Below, one piece after another: positions 1 to 9,484 of a stretch of 35,523 nucleotides of DNA. The stretch's first letter is position 1; every line of letters starts with the position of its first letter. A model generated the notes under the pieces. The model did no database searches. It saw only the letters and a program-made list of their open reading frames with translations, and was not told the origin of the DNA. The stretch lies in NCBI GenBank assembly GCA_031282685.1, contig JAITDG010000011.1:1-35523 (forward strand), in the 5' to 3' direction. Position numbers and translations under genes: made by a program. Origin of the DNA: Puniceicoccales bacterium (GTDB lineage: Bacteria; Verrucomicrobiota; Verrucomicrobiia; Opitutales; JAIRLM01).

Positions 1-96
1 TTTTCAAGATTATTTTTTACAAAAACTTAACGCGTTGAGATAGTTCTCCGTTTTCCGGCGGATATTTTTCGCCGGCGGCGGGCGATCTTTGGGCTA

Positions 97-124
97 CCCC
101 GCGCCGCATTTACGCGGCGCGGGG
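97..124. repeat. GC-rich perfect inverted repeat (11-bp stem, 6-nt loop) upstream of rpmF
   Basis: CCCCGCGCCGC (97-107) / GCGGCGCGGGG (114-124). No adjacent U-tract on either strand, so function is unclear. Confidence 0.6.
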
Positions 125-187
125 CGGAGGATGAGATTTTTCCTTGCGCTGCCCGCCGGGCCGGCCAGGGTGGCTCCAGAGGTAGAC

Positions 188-361
188 ATGGCGCAGCCGA
201 AAAGAAAAAATTCTAAGCAGAGAAGCCATAAGCGGCGCGGAGCAAAGCGCTTCGAAGCTCCGCAGCTCGCAAGGGACCGGTCCGGCGGATTGTTTTTGCC
301 CCACCACGTAAATCCCGAGACGGGCCAGTACCGTGGGCGGCAGGTGTTGGAGGTCGACTAG
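188..361 (+). CDS. rpmF: 50S ribosomal protein L32 (Zn-free form)
   Basis: MAQPKRKNSKQRSHKRR...PHHVNPETGQYRGRQVL. ATG at 188 follows GAGGT. Lies in the classic rpmF-plsX-fabH order. Confidence 0.95.
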   Translation: MAQPKRKNSKQRSHKRRGAKRFEAPQLARDRSGGLFLPHHVNPETGQYRGRQVLEVD

Positions 362-377
362 TTCGATCGGCGCTCCC

Positions 378-1475
378 ATGCGAGACATTGGACAGCCCCC
401 GGTTCTTGCCGTCGACGTGATGGGGTCGGATCGGGGGCCCGGTGAGATTTTGGAAGGCGTTCGGCGGGCGCTTAATACCCGTACAACGGTGCCGTTCCGC
501 GTGATTTTAGTGGGGGACGGGGAGACGATCCGCTCCGCCATCGGCGAGCGCGGTTTCCGGTCCGTCGTCCGCCGCGTGGAAATTTTTCATGCGGCCGAAG
601 TGATTGGCATGGAGGAAAGTCCGACAAAAGCCCTGCGGCAGAAGAAGCACGCCTCCATGGCGCAGGCGGTCGAGCTGGTCAAGGAGGGGCGGGCCGACGG
701 CGCACTGAGCTGCGGAAATACGGGTGCGCTGGTGGCACTCGGGACTATCCGACTGCGGCCCATGGAGGGACTGGACCGGCCCACCTTAGCGACGGTTATC
801 CCAGCCATTGATCGGCATTTCGTCCTATTGGACGTGGGGGCCAACCCGGCGCCGACCGCCCGGCAGATGGTTCACAGCGCAATTCTCGGAAGTCACTACA
901 GCAGCGTGGCTTTGAGAACTCCGTCGCCCCAAATCGGCCTCCTTTCCATCGGAACGGAGGAAGGGAAGGGCAATGGCCTCGTGCAGGAGGTCCATGAGAC
1001 GCTTAAGTTGCTCGCGAGTAAGCAGATCATCAATTACCGGGGGCTTATCGAAGGCTTTCAACTTTTCCAGGCACCGGCGGATGGCAGCTCCGTCGATGTG
1101 GTTGTCTGCGACGGCTTTGTCGGAAACGTCCTCCTGAAGGCGATGGAGTCCATCGCGAAGAGGCTGAAAACTTTTCTGCGCAAAGAACTTATGCGCAATC
1201 CATTTCGCGCGTTTGGCTGCCTGTTTCTGGGCGGTGCCCTGCGGAATATTCGGATGAAACTTAACGCGGAGCGGTACGGCGCCGCCCCCCTGCTGGGGCT
1301 CAAGGGCTCAATTTTTAAGGCCCACGGGGCCAGCAATTGCCGCGAGATTTGCCACGCGGTCCTGATTGCCCAGCGTTTCCTGCGGGCCGGCATGGACGAG
1401 GAATTGCATCGACAAGTATTACAGGCGCAAGAGTTATTGCGATCGGCGGAGGAAAGACCGCCGGAAAATTTCTAA
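378..1475 (+). CDS. plsX: Phosphate acyltransferase PlsX
   Basis: Motifs LAVDVMGSD, SCGNTGAL, LDVGAN, IGTEEGKG, VCDGFVGNVLLK, GAAPLLGLKG, KAHGAS. Start trimmed to ATG 378. Confidence 0.96.
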   Translation: MRDIGQPPVLAVDVMGSDRGPGEILEGVRRALNTRTTVPFRVILVGDGETIRSAIGERGFRSVVRRVEIFHAAEVIGMEESPTKALRQKKHASMAQAVELVKEGRADGALSCGNTGALVALGTIRLRPMEGLDRPTLATVIPAIDRHFVLLDVGANPAPTARQMVHSAILGSHYSSVALRTPSPQIGLLSIGTEEGKGNGLVQEVHETLKLLASKQIINYRGLIEGFQLFQAPADGSSVDVVVCDGFVGNVLLKAMESIAKRLKTFLRKELMRNPFRAFGCLFLGGALRNIRMKLNAERYGAAPLLGLKGSIFKAHGASNCREICHAVLIAQRFLRAGMDEELHRQVLQAQELLRSAEERPPENF

Positions 1476-1489
1476 AACTATGAAGGAGA

Positions 1490-2500
1490 ATGGCGATGGC
1501 GGAGCGGAAATGTATCTATGTGCGGGGAATTGGATCCTATTTGCCGGATAAAATCCTAACAAACAGCGACTTAGAGAAAATGGTGGACACCAGCGACGAG
1601 TGGATCGTCACGCGTACTGGCATCCGGGAGAGGCACATCGCGGCGGAGGGCCAGGTGACGTCCGATTTGGCCGTCGAGGCGGCGAAGAAAGCTCTGGCGG
1701 ACGCCGATTTGGGGCCGGAGGACGTGGACATAATTTTGGTGGCCACGGTTGTGCCGGACATGCCATTCCCCTCGACGGCCTGCTTCGTGCAGCAAAAGTT
1801 GGGCGTGAAGAGCAATTGCCCCTGCGCCAGCGTGGAGGTCGGCTGCTCGGGAATGATTTATTTGATGGAGCTGGCCGCCGGTCTCCTGGAGCGGGGGACC
1901 TGCCGCCGTGTTCTGGCCATCGCCGCCGATAAGCTCTCCGCCGTAACCGATTGGACGGACCGCTCCACCTGCGTGCTGCTGGCGGATGGGGCGGCGGCGC
2001 TGGTTCTGACGGCCGAAGAGTCCCACGGCCGGGCGGAGCTGCTGGACACTTTCCTCGCAGCCGACGGCTCCGGCGCAGAATTTCTCTGCATGCCCGGCGG
2101 CGGTGGCCGCTGCCCGGCGACGGAACGGTCCGTGGCGGAGCGGCAGCATTTCCTCAAAATGAATGGCCGGGAGGTGTTTAAGCGGGCCCTGCGGGACATG
2201 GGCGGGGCCGTGGAGCAGATCTTCCGGCGCAATGCCATCGGCGGCGAAGATGTGGCCTATTTCATTCCCCACCAGGCGAATCAGCGCATCATCGAAGCCA
2301 TTGCCGAGCGCATTTGCGTTCCCATGGAGAAAGTTATATCGACCATAGCGCGTACCGGCAACACTTCCTCCGCCTCCATCGGCATCGCCTGGGACAGTGC
2401 CTGCCGAGAAGGGCGGTTCAAAGCCGGGGATCTGATTGTGCCGGTGTCATTTGGCGCGGGGTTGACTTCCGCTGCTGCGCTGCTGCGCTGGATCGGCTAG
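1490..2500 (+). CDS. fabH: 3-oxoacyl-ACP synthase III
   Basis: DTSDEWIVTRTGIRERH; catalytic triad Cys (GCSG), His (PHQAN), Asn (GNTSSA); C-terminal FGAGL. Confidence 0.97.
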   Translation: MAMAERKCIYVRGIGSYLPDKILTNSDLEKMVDTSDEWIVTRTGIRERHIAAEGQVTSDLAVEAAKKALADADLGPEDVDIILVATVVPDMPFPSTACFVQQKLGVKSNCPCASVEVGCSGMIYLMELAAGLLERGTCRRVLAIAADKLSAVTDWTDRSTCVLLADGAAALVLTAEESHGRAELLDTFLAADGSGAEFLCMPGGGGRCPATERSVAERQHFLKMNGREVFKRALRDMGGAVEQIFRRNAIGGEDVAYFIPHQANQRIIEAIAERICVPMEKVISTIARTGNTSSASIGIAWDSACREGRFKAGDLIVPVSFGAGLTSAAALLRWIG

Positions 2501-2519
2501 CCCGGCGGAGGGAAAGAGC

Positions 2520-3293
2520 GTGGCCACCATACACCCAACGGCCATAGTCGAACGCGGAGCGGAGTTAGCCGAGGACGTTTCCGTCGGCGCCTACGGCTAC
2601 GTGGGCGGGGCCGTTCGCATTGGGCCCGGCTGTGTCCTCCATCACCACGCCGTTGTTGAGGGCAACACTCTGCTGGGCAATGATAACGAGATTTTTCCGT
2701 TCGCCATCATCGGAGGAAAAACCCAGGACTTGAAGTACGACGGCAGCCGCGGGCCACTCGCCGTCGGCGATGGTAACGTGTTCCGCGAGTATGTCACAGT
2801 CCACGGCCCCACCACGGAAGGCAGCGAAACCCGCATCGGCAGCCGCAACTACTTGCTCTCCTATTCGCACGTGGCCCATGAGTGTCACCTGCAGGACGAT
2901 ATCATCATAAGCAGCAAGGCGGTGATTGGCGGCCACGTGGAAGTGGAGTCCTTTGCCAACGTCGGCGGCGCGTCGGCGGTGCACCAGTTCTGTCGGATCG
3001 GTTGCCACGCCTTTTTGGGCGGATTTTCCGCGCTGGTCCAGGACCTGCCCCCCTTCATGATCGCCGAGGGCAATAGGGCTCGCGTGCGCGCTTACAATCG
3101 CATCGGGCTCCAGCGGAGGGGGTTCAGCGAAGAACGGATCGATGGCGTGCGGCGCATTTTCCGTTACCTCTACGGCGGCGAGCGGGACCGCAGCGGCGCC
3201 CTCGAGGCGATCGGCCAGGATCGGGAAATTCCGGAGGATCTTCGGGAAGAGGTGCTTCGATTTTGCTCCCGCTGCGTGCGGGGATTGGCCTAG
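2520..3293 (+). CDS. lpxA: Acyl-ACP--UDP-N-acetylglucosamine O-acyltransferase
   Basis: IHPTAIV hexapeptide repeats, QDLKY, REYVTVH, SHVAHEC, VHQFCRIG, NRIGLQRRGF. GTG start. Confidence 0.96.
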   Translation: MATIHPTAIVERGAELAEDVSVGAYGYVGGAVRIGPGCVLHHHAVVEGNTLLGNDNEIFPFAIIGGKTQDLKYDGSRGPLAVGDGNVFREYVTVHGPTTEGSETRIGSRNYLLSYSHVAHECHLQDDIIISSKAVIGGHVEVESFANVGGASAVHQFCRIGCHAFLGGFSALVQDLPPFMIAEGNRARVRAYNRIGLQRRGFSEERIDGVRRIFRYLYGGERDRSGALEAIGQDREIPEDLREEVLRFCSRCVRGLA

Positions 3294-3640
3294 CGCTTCC
3301 CTTGCCTACGGAGACGATCGGCAAAATCTTTTCCCATTGTCCACGGGTCGAGGGTTTTCGATTGGGCGAGGAAAACTACGAGAAAATCTTCACCCCGAGA
3401 AATGTCTACGGCCCGGTGGCGAAATTCTTCGCGGAAAACCCGCCGCAAATGATTCCTTCGTACTGCGTTACCAATTTTGCGGGACGCCACAAGGGCCACA
3501 CGCGGGAGACAGTGCCGATCGTCGTTGTGTTTCCGAACCAACAGAAAACCGGCCCCCCGCTCTCGGCTACGGGAGGCGCGAAAAAGGCGAAAATCGTTCT
3601 CGCTGCGGATGCGCTGCCTACGGAACAGACGAAATCTCAT
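3290..3640 (-). CDS. rnpA: Ribonuclease P protein component
   Basis: RNR-type motif SRKIGNAVRRNHLRRVFREEFR; directly downstream of rpmH. Confidence 0.93.
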   Translation of the reverse strand: MRFRLFRRQRIRSENDFRLFRASRSRERGAGFLLVRKHNDDRHCLPRVALVASRKIGNAVRRNHLRRVFREEFRHRAVDISRGEDFLVVFLAQSKTLDPWTMGKDFADRLRRQGKR

Positions 3641-3644
3641 CGAC

Positions 3645-3782
3645 TCAAACGACCGTCAAGCGCTTGCGGCCCACGCGTCGGCGGTTGGACAATATGGCCC
3701 TGCCGGCAGCCGTGCCCATGCGCTTCCGAAAACCACACTTGCGAATGCGAACGATCTTGGATGGGTTATATGTGGGCTTCAC
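3645..3782 (-). CDS. rpmH: 50S ribosomal protein L34
   Basis: GTG start at 3782 gives 45 aa [45 protein letters not shown], the C-terminal part of track ORF 3645..4112. Confidence 0.95.
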   Translation of the reverse strand: MKPTYNPSKIVRIRKCGFRKRMGTAAGRAILSNRRRVGRKRLTVV

Positions 3783-3944
3783 AGCGTCTCTTCCTAGGCG
3801 CTGGCCGACCCGGGGCAAGAAAAATTTTCCCAAAAACGGCAGCGCGCGATCTGCTAGTTCAAGTCCCCGCGGAAGAGAAAGTTCAAAGTCTGGTCCCTTT
3901 TGGCTTGCGATCGGGCCGCCGATCCCGTTCCTAGCCGTTGCACG

Positions 3945-5639
3945 ATGCCGAAGCGCTGGGCCGTACCCATCTTTCTGTTCGCCCTGGCGCTCTTCTCTGC
4001 CTTTTTTCTTTTTCCTCTCTTCGAGACAATTAGGGGCGGTTTCGTGGACGTGGACGGCCGATTCACGGCCGCCTACCTGCGGGAAGCGGTCACCAATCCG
4101 ATCTATCGGCAATCTTTCTTTAACTCCCTTTTGTTGGCTACGTTAACCACTTTAACCGCCCTGGCTCTGGCCCTGCCACTGGCCTTTTTTTCCTGTCGCT
4201 ACGAGTTCCCGTTGAAGCGAATTTTTTCCGCTATCGTGCTAGTGCCCATGATTTTGCCGCCGTTCGTGGGCGCCATCGGCATCATGAAGGTCTTTGGCAC
4301 CCACGGCGTATTGAACGCAATCCTCTTTAAGCTGCACTCGTCGGGATGTTTCCCCGCCATTGACTGGCTGGGGCACCATCGGCTGGGCGGCGTGGTTTTC
4401 TTTCAGGCCCTCAACCTGTACCCCATTTTATTTTTAAATATTTCCGCCGCACTGGCTAATGTGGATCCAGCTCAGGAGGAGGCGGCTGCGAATTTGGGCT
4501 GTACTGGTCTTAGGCGCTTCTGGCACATCACGATGCCGCTTATTCGCCCCGGCCTTTTTGCCGGCCTCACCATCGTATTTATCTGGTCCTTCACGGAGCT
4601 GGGGGTGCCGCTCATTTTCAACTGCGATCGGCTCCTGCCGGTCCAAATCTACGGAATGCTGAAGGAGTTGGGTAGCAATCCCTTTCCCTATGCGCTGGCG
4701 ACGGTCGTGCTCGGCTGTTCCACTTCCTTCTATCTCCTGGGGAAAAAAATTCTGGGGCGGGAGAGTGTGGCGGAAGTGGCGAAGGCCTCCCATGCCAGTT
4801 CCCAGCGGCCCATCTCGACCGCCAAAAAGATCCTCTGCGTCAGCCTCTTTTTCGTTGTTGTGTCCTGTTCCCTGCTGCCCCACGTCGTTGTCCTCCTCTA
4901 CTCCTTTGCCGGCGATTGGTTTGGGACAATTTTGCCATCATCTTGGACTCTAAAGAATTACGCAGCGGCCCTCGGCCATCCGCTCGCCGTTGCCGCCATT
5001 CGCAATAGCATTTGCTACGCCGGTTGCGCCACGCTGGCCACCGTCGTTCTGGGGACCGCCATTGCCCTTGTAATTGTGCGCAGTCGCCTCATTGGCCGTG
5101 GCTTACTGGATACGGTGGCCATGCTGCCCCTCGCGGTTCCCGGCATCATCATCGCGTTCGGGTATTTAGCAATTAGTCAGCGGGGTCGCCTCTTTTCCTT
5201 CCTCAACCCCGTCGCGAACCCGGCCCCGCTTCTCGTTATTGCCTACGGAATTCGCAAGATGCCGTTCATGGTCCGCTCTGCCGTAGCCGGACTCCAGCAG
5301 ACGAGTCCCACCTACGAGGAGGCGGCCGCTTCCCTCGGAAGTCCGCCCGTGCGCACTTACTTACGCATCACCATCCCCCTAATTTTTGGGAATCTCATCG
5401 CCGGCGGCCTGCTCGTCTTTTCCCAGACCATGATGGAGGTTTCCGACTCGCTGATAATTGCCCAGAAGCAGCAATTTTACCCCATCACCAAGGCGATCTA
5501 TGAGTTAGTAAATCTCATTGGCATAGGACCTTATCTTGCCTGTGCGCTGGGAGTCTGGTCCATGGCCTTCCTCGCAGCAACGCTCTTCGCAATGTCCCAT
5601 TTTTTGGGGGAAAACATGGGAGCCATTTTTCGCGCATAG
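3945..5639 (+). CDS. ABC transporter permease, Fe3+/FbpB-like with duplicated membrane domains
   Basis: About 12 hydrophobic segments; two EAA loops ([16 protein letters not shown]); [10 protein letters not shown] and PLAVPGII. Start taken as ATG 3945. Confidence 0.88.
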   Translation: MPKRWAVPIFLFALALFSAFFLFPLFETIRGGFVDVDGRFTAAYLREAVTNPIYRQSFFNSLLLATLTTLTALALALPLAFFSCRYEFPLKRIFSAIVLVPMILPPFVGAIGIMKVFGTHGVLNAILFKLHSSGCFPAIDWLGHHRLGGVVFFQALNLYPILFLNISAALANVDPAQEEAAANLGCTGLRRFWHITMPLIRPGLFAGLTIVFIWSFTELGVPLIFNCDRLLPVQIYGMLKELGSNPFPYALATVVLGCSTSFYLLGKKILGRESVAEVAKASHASSQRPISTAKKILCVSLFFVVVSCSLLPHVVVLLYSFAGDWFGTILPSSWTLKNYAAALGHPLAVAAIRNSICYAGCATLATVVLGTAIALVIVRSRLIGRGLLDTVAMLPLAVPGIIIAFGYLAISQRGRLFSFLNPVANPAPLLVIAYGIRKMPFMVRSAVAGLQQTSPTYEEAAASLGSPPVRTYLRITIPLIFGNLIAGGLLVFSQTMMEVSDSLIIAQKQQFYPITKAIYELVNLIGIGPYLACALGVWSMAFLAATLFAMSHFLGENMGAIFRA

Positions 5640-5663
5640 ATCTCCGTGCCATGAATTTAGAGA

Positions 5664-6158
5664 TCACTGTCGACCGCGGATCCGTGCCAGGAGGCTGCTC
5701 GTGCTGAAGCCGGGAAGGAAGGGCACGAGTTCGATGCGGGCGCCGACGGCCCGCAGAGCTCGCAGCTCTTTGGAGTCCAAGTCCGCTAGGGTCCGATCGT
5801 TAGCCCGCACGTAGACGTCCGGCGCGAAGGTCCGAATTTCCTCGTCGGCTTGAGTCCCGTCGAAGAGAAACAGGCCGTCCACCCAGCGGAGAGCGCGGAG
5901 AGCGTAGGCCCGCAGTTTCTGGGGGATAGTGGGTCGGTCCGGCCCCTTCAGCGCCCGCACGCTGCTGTCGGAATTGAGCGCCACCGCAAGCCTATCTCCA
6001 AAGCCGGCAGCCTGTTGCAGCAGAAAAAGATGGCCCGGATGGAGCAGGTCGAAGCAGCCGTTCGTTAGGACCACACGGCGGCCTTCCCGTCGCCAGCGCT
6101 CCCGTTCGGCGCAGAGCTGGAGGAAGGGCAGGGCGCCGGCCAGTTCCGGCAGGGTCAT
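5664..6158 (-). CDS. Stand-alone D-glycero-beta-D-manno-heptose-1-phosphate adenylyltransferase (RfaE domain II/HldC-like)
   Basis: TNGCFDLLHPGH, LNSDSSVRALKGPDRP, GFSTSSL. ATGA overlap with recJ. Confidence 0.9.
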   Translation of the reverse strand: MTLPELAGALPFLQLCAERERWRREGRRVVLTNGCFDLLHPGHLFLLQQAAGFGDRLAVALNSDSSVRALKGPDRPTIPQKLRAYALRALRWVDGLFLFDGTQADEEIRTFAPDVYVRANDRTLADLDSKELRALRAVGARIELVPFLPGFSTSSLLARIRGRQ

Positions 6159-7921
6159 TTCGAAACCTCTACTGGCTGTGCCGTTTCCTCCGTTCGGCGC
6201 GGGCGAAAATCGATCATTTCCGCGCGCACGTGGCGGCAGCCGTCCCGGAAGGAGACGCTGAGCCGTGCGGCGATGTCGCAGGGCTGCGGGAGGGGCAAAT
6301 CCTTGGCGAGGCCCCAGGCGACGCCCCAGACGGGCCCGTCGCTGCCGCGGAAAGTAAAGTTAAAATGTTGACTACGACCACCAAAGATGCGGGGAGGAAT
6401 TAGAAAGCGCACATTACGGATCCCAAAAGTGGGCTGGGGGTTGCCGTAGCCGAACGGTTCTAACTTCCGCAGCTGGCGCACGAGGGACTGGGAAATGTCC
6501 TCCGGATTTAGCCACTCGGCGATTTCTAAGTCGTTGGCCACGTCGATGATTTTCAGTGCTTCGCTCACGTGCACTTCGAAGGCTTCCCGGAACCGGTCCA
6601 CGTTGGAGATGGGCATGCCGACGCCGGCGGCGAGGGGGTGGCCGCCCCAGGGCCCCAGGTATTGAGAGCACTTGGAGAGCAGGTCCACCAAATTTAGCCC
6701 GCAAACGCATCGGCCGGAACCTTTTGCCATGTGCTCCTCCTCCTTACTGAGCACCACGCAGGGCTTCCGATAGCGCTGCATCAACTTTCCGGCCACGATG
6801 CCGATAACGCCCGTGTGCCACTTGTCGTTGAAAAGTACAATCGAATTGCGGTCGGCGTAATTGGCCTCCACCATGCGACTTGCCTCCTCTGTGATTTCCG
6901 ACTCGATCCGCTGCCGTTCGGTGTTCATCTCTGTCAATTGCGCGGCAATAGTTTCCGCCCGTTCCCGGTCTTCCGTAAGGAACATTTCCACCGGCAATGT
7001 GGCGTCGGCGATGCGGCCGCTGGCGTTGATGCGGGGGCAGATCCGGTAGGAGAGGTCAGTGGCGCTAAACTGGCAACCCGGTTCCATTTGCCCCTGTTCG
7101 ATGATGGCCCTGGTGCCGATGCGGCGGGGGTTTTGCAGTTCCCGCAGGCCGTGTTTGACGAGGATGCGATTTTCTCCGACGAGCGGCACGACGTCGGCGA
7201 CGGTGGCCAGAGCGACGAGGTCCAGCTGGGCCTTCAAATCGTAGGCCGTTGCTGCCTCATTTCCACTCGCGCGGAGCAATTTAAGTAATCCGTGGATGCA
7301 CTTGAAGACGAGCCCGCCCGTGCAGAAAATGCCGTGCTGGATGGCGTCCGTTCCGCCGTGGCCGTTGGGATTTACCAGCAATAGGTCCCCGTCGATCGGC
7401 CGCGTGGCCCGGTGGTGGTCGATGACGACGGGCGTCGTGCCCCTGTCGCGGATCCATTGCAGTTGCTCGGAGGAATTTGTGGCACAGTCCAGGGCGATGA
7501 AGAGGTCCGGTCGGCCGTCCGCGAAGACCCGCTCTAGCACGTGCTGGGAGAGGCCGTAGCCCTCGTCGAAGCGGCGCGGGATGTAGTAGCGTACCGGAGC
7601 GTCAAAATGGCGCAACACTCCGACCATGAGTGCAGTAGACGTGATCCCATCCACGTCGTAGTCGCCGACGACGGCGATGGACTCCCTCCGCTCCAGTGCT
7701 TCCACCAGCCGTTCTGCGATTTTTCGTAAAAAAAATATTTTAAATGGATCTTCCAGGTGCCGCAGGTGGGGCTCCAAAAAAAATCGCGCCGCCCGCGGAT
7801 CTAAGTGCCCCCGTGCGGCCAACAACTTTGCCGAGATCCGGGGCACGCGTAAAAATTGTCGAAGTTTTTCTGACTCGCCCTCATTTACTTGAAGTTCTTT
7901 CCAACGCAATTGTCCACACAT
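6155..7921 (-). CDS. recJ: ssDNA-specific exonuclease RecJ
   Basis: GDYDVDGITS, EGYGLS, DHH, ATVADVVPL, PRINASGR, KGSGR, GGHPLAAG, LEPFGYGNP. Confidence 0.97.
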   Translation of the reverse strand: MCGQLRWKELQVNEGESEKLRQFLRVPRISAKLLAARGHLDPRAARFFLEPHLRHLEDPFKIFFLRKIAERLVEALERRESIAVVGDYDVDGITSTALMVGVLRHFDAPVRYYIPRRFDEGYGLSQHVLERVFADGRPDLFIALDCATNSSEQLQWIRDRGTTPVVIDHHRATRPIDGDLLLVNPNGHGGTDAIQHGIFCTGGLVFKCIHGLLKLLRASGNEAATAYDLKAQLDLVALATVADVVPLVGENRILVKHGLRELQNPRRIGTRAIIEQGQMEPGCQFSATDLSYRICPRINASGRIADATLPVEMFLTEDRERAETIAAQLTEMNTERQRIESEITEEASRMVEANYADRNSIVLFNDKWHTGVIGIVAGKLMQRYRKPCVVLSKEEEHMAKGSGRCVCGLNLVDLLSKCSQYLGPWGGHPLAAGVGMPISNVDRFREAFEVHVSEALKIIDVANDLEIAEWLNPEDISQSLVRQLRKLEPFGYGNPQPTFGIRNVRFLIPPRIFGGRSQHFNFTFRGSDGPVWGVAWGLAKDLPLPQPCDIAARLSVSFRDGCRHVRAEMIDFRPRRTEETAQPVEVSK

Positions 7922-7956
7922 TACAGAGATCGGGTATGCGTAGAAAGGGGCCGTCG

Positions 7957-7985
7957 CAACTACTTTTTCACCGTCCCCGTGTCAA
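7957..7985 (-). promoter_or_regulatory. Putative sigma70 promoter of recJ
   Basis: Minus strand TTGACA (7985-7980), 17-nt spacer, TAGTTG (7962-7957). Confidence 0.5.
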
Positions 7986-8134
7986 CGGAAAATTCCGCTC
8001 CTTGACGGGTGAGCGTGCGTCGATTGGTTGGGAGTGGGAGAAATTCTCTGCCAATTTTTCCATTGGGTCGGGCGGCCCCATTCATCTCCCGTTGTCGATT
8101 GTTGTTTTCGTATGATAAACACAGAAAGTAACTT

Positions 8135-8821
8135 ATGATTCTTTCCGGCTGCCAGCGCTGCACGCTCATTGATTTTCCCGATAGGGTTTCCTGCGTCGTT
8201 TTTACGCAGGGCTGCAACCTGCGTTGTCCTTTTTGCCACAATCCAAAACTTTGGCCAATGGTCGGGAAGGGCGGCCTGTCGGAGGAGGATTTTTTTTCCT
8301 TTCTCGCCGGCCGGCGCGGGAAATTAGACGGCGTGGTAATTTCCGGCGGCGAACCGACCCTACAGCCAGATCTGGAGGATTTTCTGCGACGAATCCGCGC
8401 CCTAGGTTTTGCCACAAAATTGGATACGAACGGGCTCCGGCCGGATTTGTTGGCTAAATTTCTGGGAGATGGTCTGCTAGATTTTGTCGCCATGGACCTG
8501 AAGCACACATTTGCTAAGTACAATCTGGCCTGCGGCGTGCCGGTGGCGGAGGAGACGATTCGCCGGTCCCTGGAAATCCTTCGGCAGGGCACGGTCGACT
8601 ACGAGTTGCGCACGACGGCCGTTCCTTTCATTCACAGCCTAGAGGACTTAGCCGCCTTGCGGGATTTGGTAGGCGGTGCGCCCCGCTTTGCTCTGCAAAA
8701 TTTTTCACCGAAAGAGGCCGCGGATCCCTTTCTCCGCAAGATACCTCCATTTTCCTTGGAGCAGCTGGAGTCCCTGCGCCCCATTTTCGAATCGGCCGTG
8801 GAAAAATTCACAATTCGCTAG
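8135..8821 (+). CDS. nrdG: Anaerobic ribonucleoside-triphosphate reductase activating protein (radical SAM)
   Basis: FTQGCNLRCPFCHN (CxxxCxxC), LDGVVISGGEPTLQ, KLDTNG, AMDLK, YELRTT. Confidence 0.88.
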   Translation: MILSGCQRCTLIDFPDRVSCVVFTQGCNLRCPFCHNPKLWPMVGKGGLSEEDFFSFLAGRRGKLDGVVISGGEPTLQPDLEDFLRRIRALGFATKLDTNGLRPDLLAKFLGDGLLDFVAMDLKHTFAKYNLACGVPVAEETIRRSLEILRQGTVDYELRTTAVPFIHSLEDLAALRDLVGGAPRFALQNFSPKEAADPFLRKIPPFSLEQLESLRPIFESAVEKFTIR

Positions 8822-8879
8822 GCCTTCGGTCGGTAGGGGCAATTATGCCGATTGCAAAATTCCGGCCTGAAATTTACTG

Positions 8880-9084
8880 CCGGTTGGACGGAGCGTTTTT
8901 GTAGAAATTTTTTCCGAAGATGGTCTTCGGCATTTTGGCAGCACTCTCCTCTGGTCCGGAAACGGCCCCCGGACTTGATCCCGAAGGGCTGATTTACATG
9001 TGAGGACCATTTGTCGGAAGAATTCGTAGGCTTTCCGGTGGAACGACATCTCACGGCTTCCCATCCGCAGCTTCCGCCGGTCGG
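8880..9084 (+). ncRNA. Candidate structured ncRNA with 6S-like topology; family unassigned
   Basis: Inner helix of ~26 bp (8906-8933 with 8998-9024) and outer helix (8880-8894 with 9070-9084), separated by a large internal bubble. G-U pairs favour the + strand. Confidence 0.5.
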
Positions 9085-9119
9085 TTTGGCCGCGAGCTTG
9101 AAAAACCGCCACTTCGCGG

Positions 9120-9192
9120 TGGGCCCTGGTGGATTCGAACCGCCGGCCAAAGGATTATGAGTCCTCTGCTCTAACCGCTGAGCTAAGGGCCC
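9120..9192 (-). tRNA. tRNA-Ile2 (CAU anticodon, lysidine type); 3' CCA not encoded
   Basis: GGGCCCTTAGCTCAGCGGTTAGAGCAGAGGACTCATAATCCTTTGGCCGGCGGTTCGAATCCACCAGGGCCCA folds as a cloverleaf. Paired G1-C72 and ileX-like acceptor and D arms argue against initiator tRNA; elongator Met is not fully excluded. Confidence 0.9.
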
Positions 9193-9484
9193 CGACGACG
9201 GGCCACGCTAGGTGGGTATGGCCGTTGGACAAGCACTTTTTTCTTCGGCGGAGCGCAGGGGAATATTCGTTCCAGCCAAAAAATAGCTTCAGCAATAAGC
9301 AATTGTCATTAAAATAGATATAATTAAAATTATTAAATATTTATTTGAAGAAGTCCCCAATTTTCCGCGCATTGGAAAAAATCTAAAACCGGTCCCTAGA
9401 GATATTTCTTCAAAGGCTCCCATTTTTTCTCTACGTCATATTTTCACTTGCCAGCCGGAAGGGCGCGCGGCAATGTGATCTTGT

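Noticed and set aside
97-124. Intrinsic terminator or REP family
   Set aside because: No U-tract next to the stem, and I found no second copy in the window.
3645-3945. Replication origin next to rpmH
   Set aside because: No dnaA, no TTATCCACA-like boxes and no AT-rich unwinding element in the short GC-rich spacer.
3142-4146. ORFs 3142..4146 (+) and 3263..3934 (+)
   Set aside because: Antisense shadows of rnpA/rpmH; Arg/Pro/Ser-rich and typical of GC-rich DNA.
7921-8135. NrdR box or B12 riboswitch upstream of nrdG
   Set aside because: No match to the acaCwAtATaTwGtg palindrome or to cobalamin riboswitch core motifs.
8880-9084. SRP RNA, RNase P RNA, tmRNA or glycine/cobalamin riboswitch as the identity of the structured region
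   Set aside because: A CCG-GAAA-CGG tetraloop is present but lacks the SRP CAGG/AGCA loop. There is no GAGGAAAGTCC or tRNA-like end. The minus-strand GGAGAG...CCGAAG lacks the CTCAGG element of glycine aptamers.
8818-9317. Short ORFs 8818..9150, 8843..9112 and 9129..9317
   Set aside because: They overlap the tRNA or the structured region and have no protein-like features.
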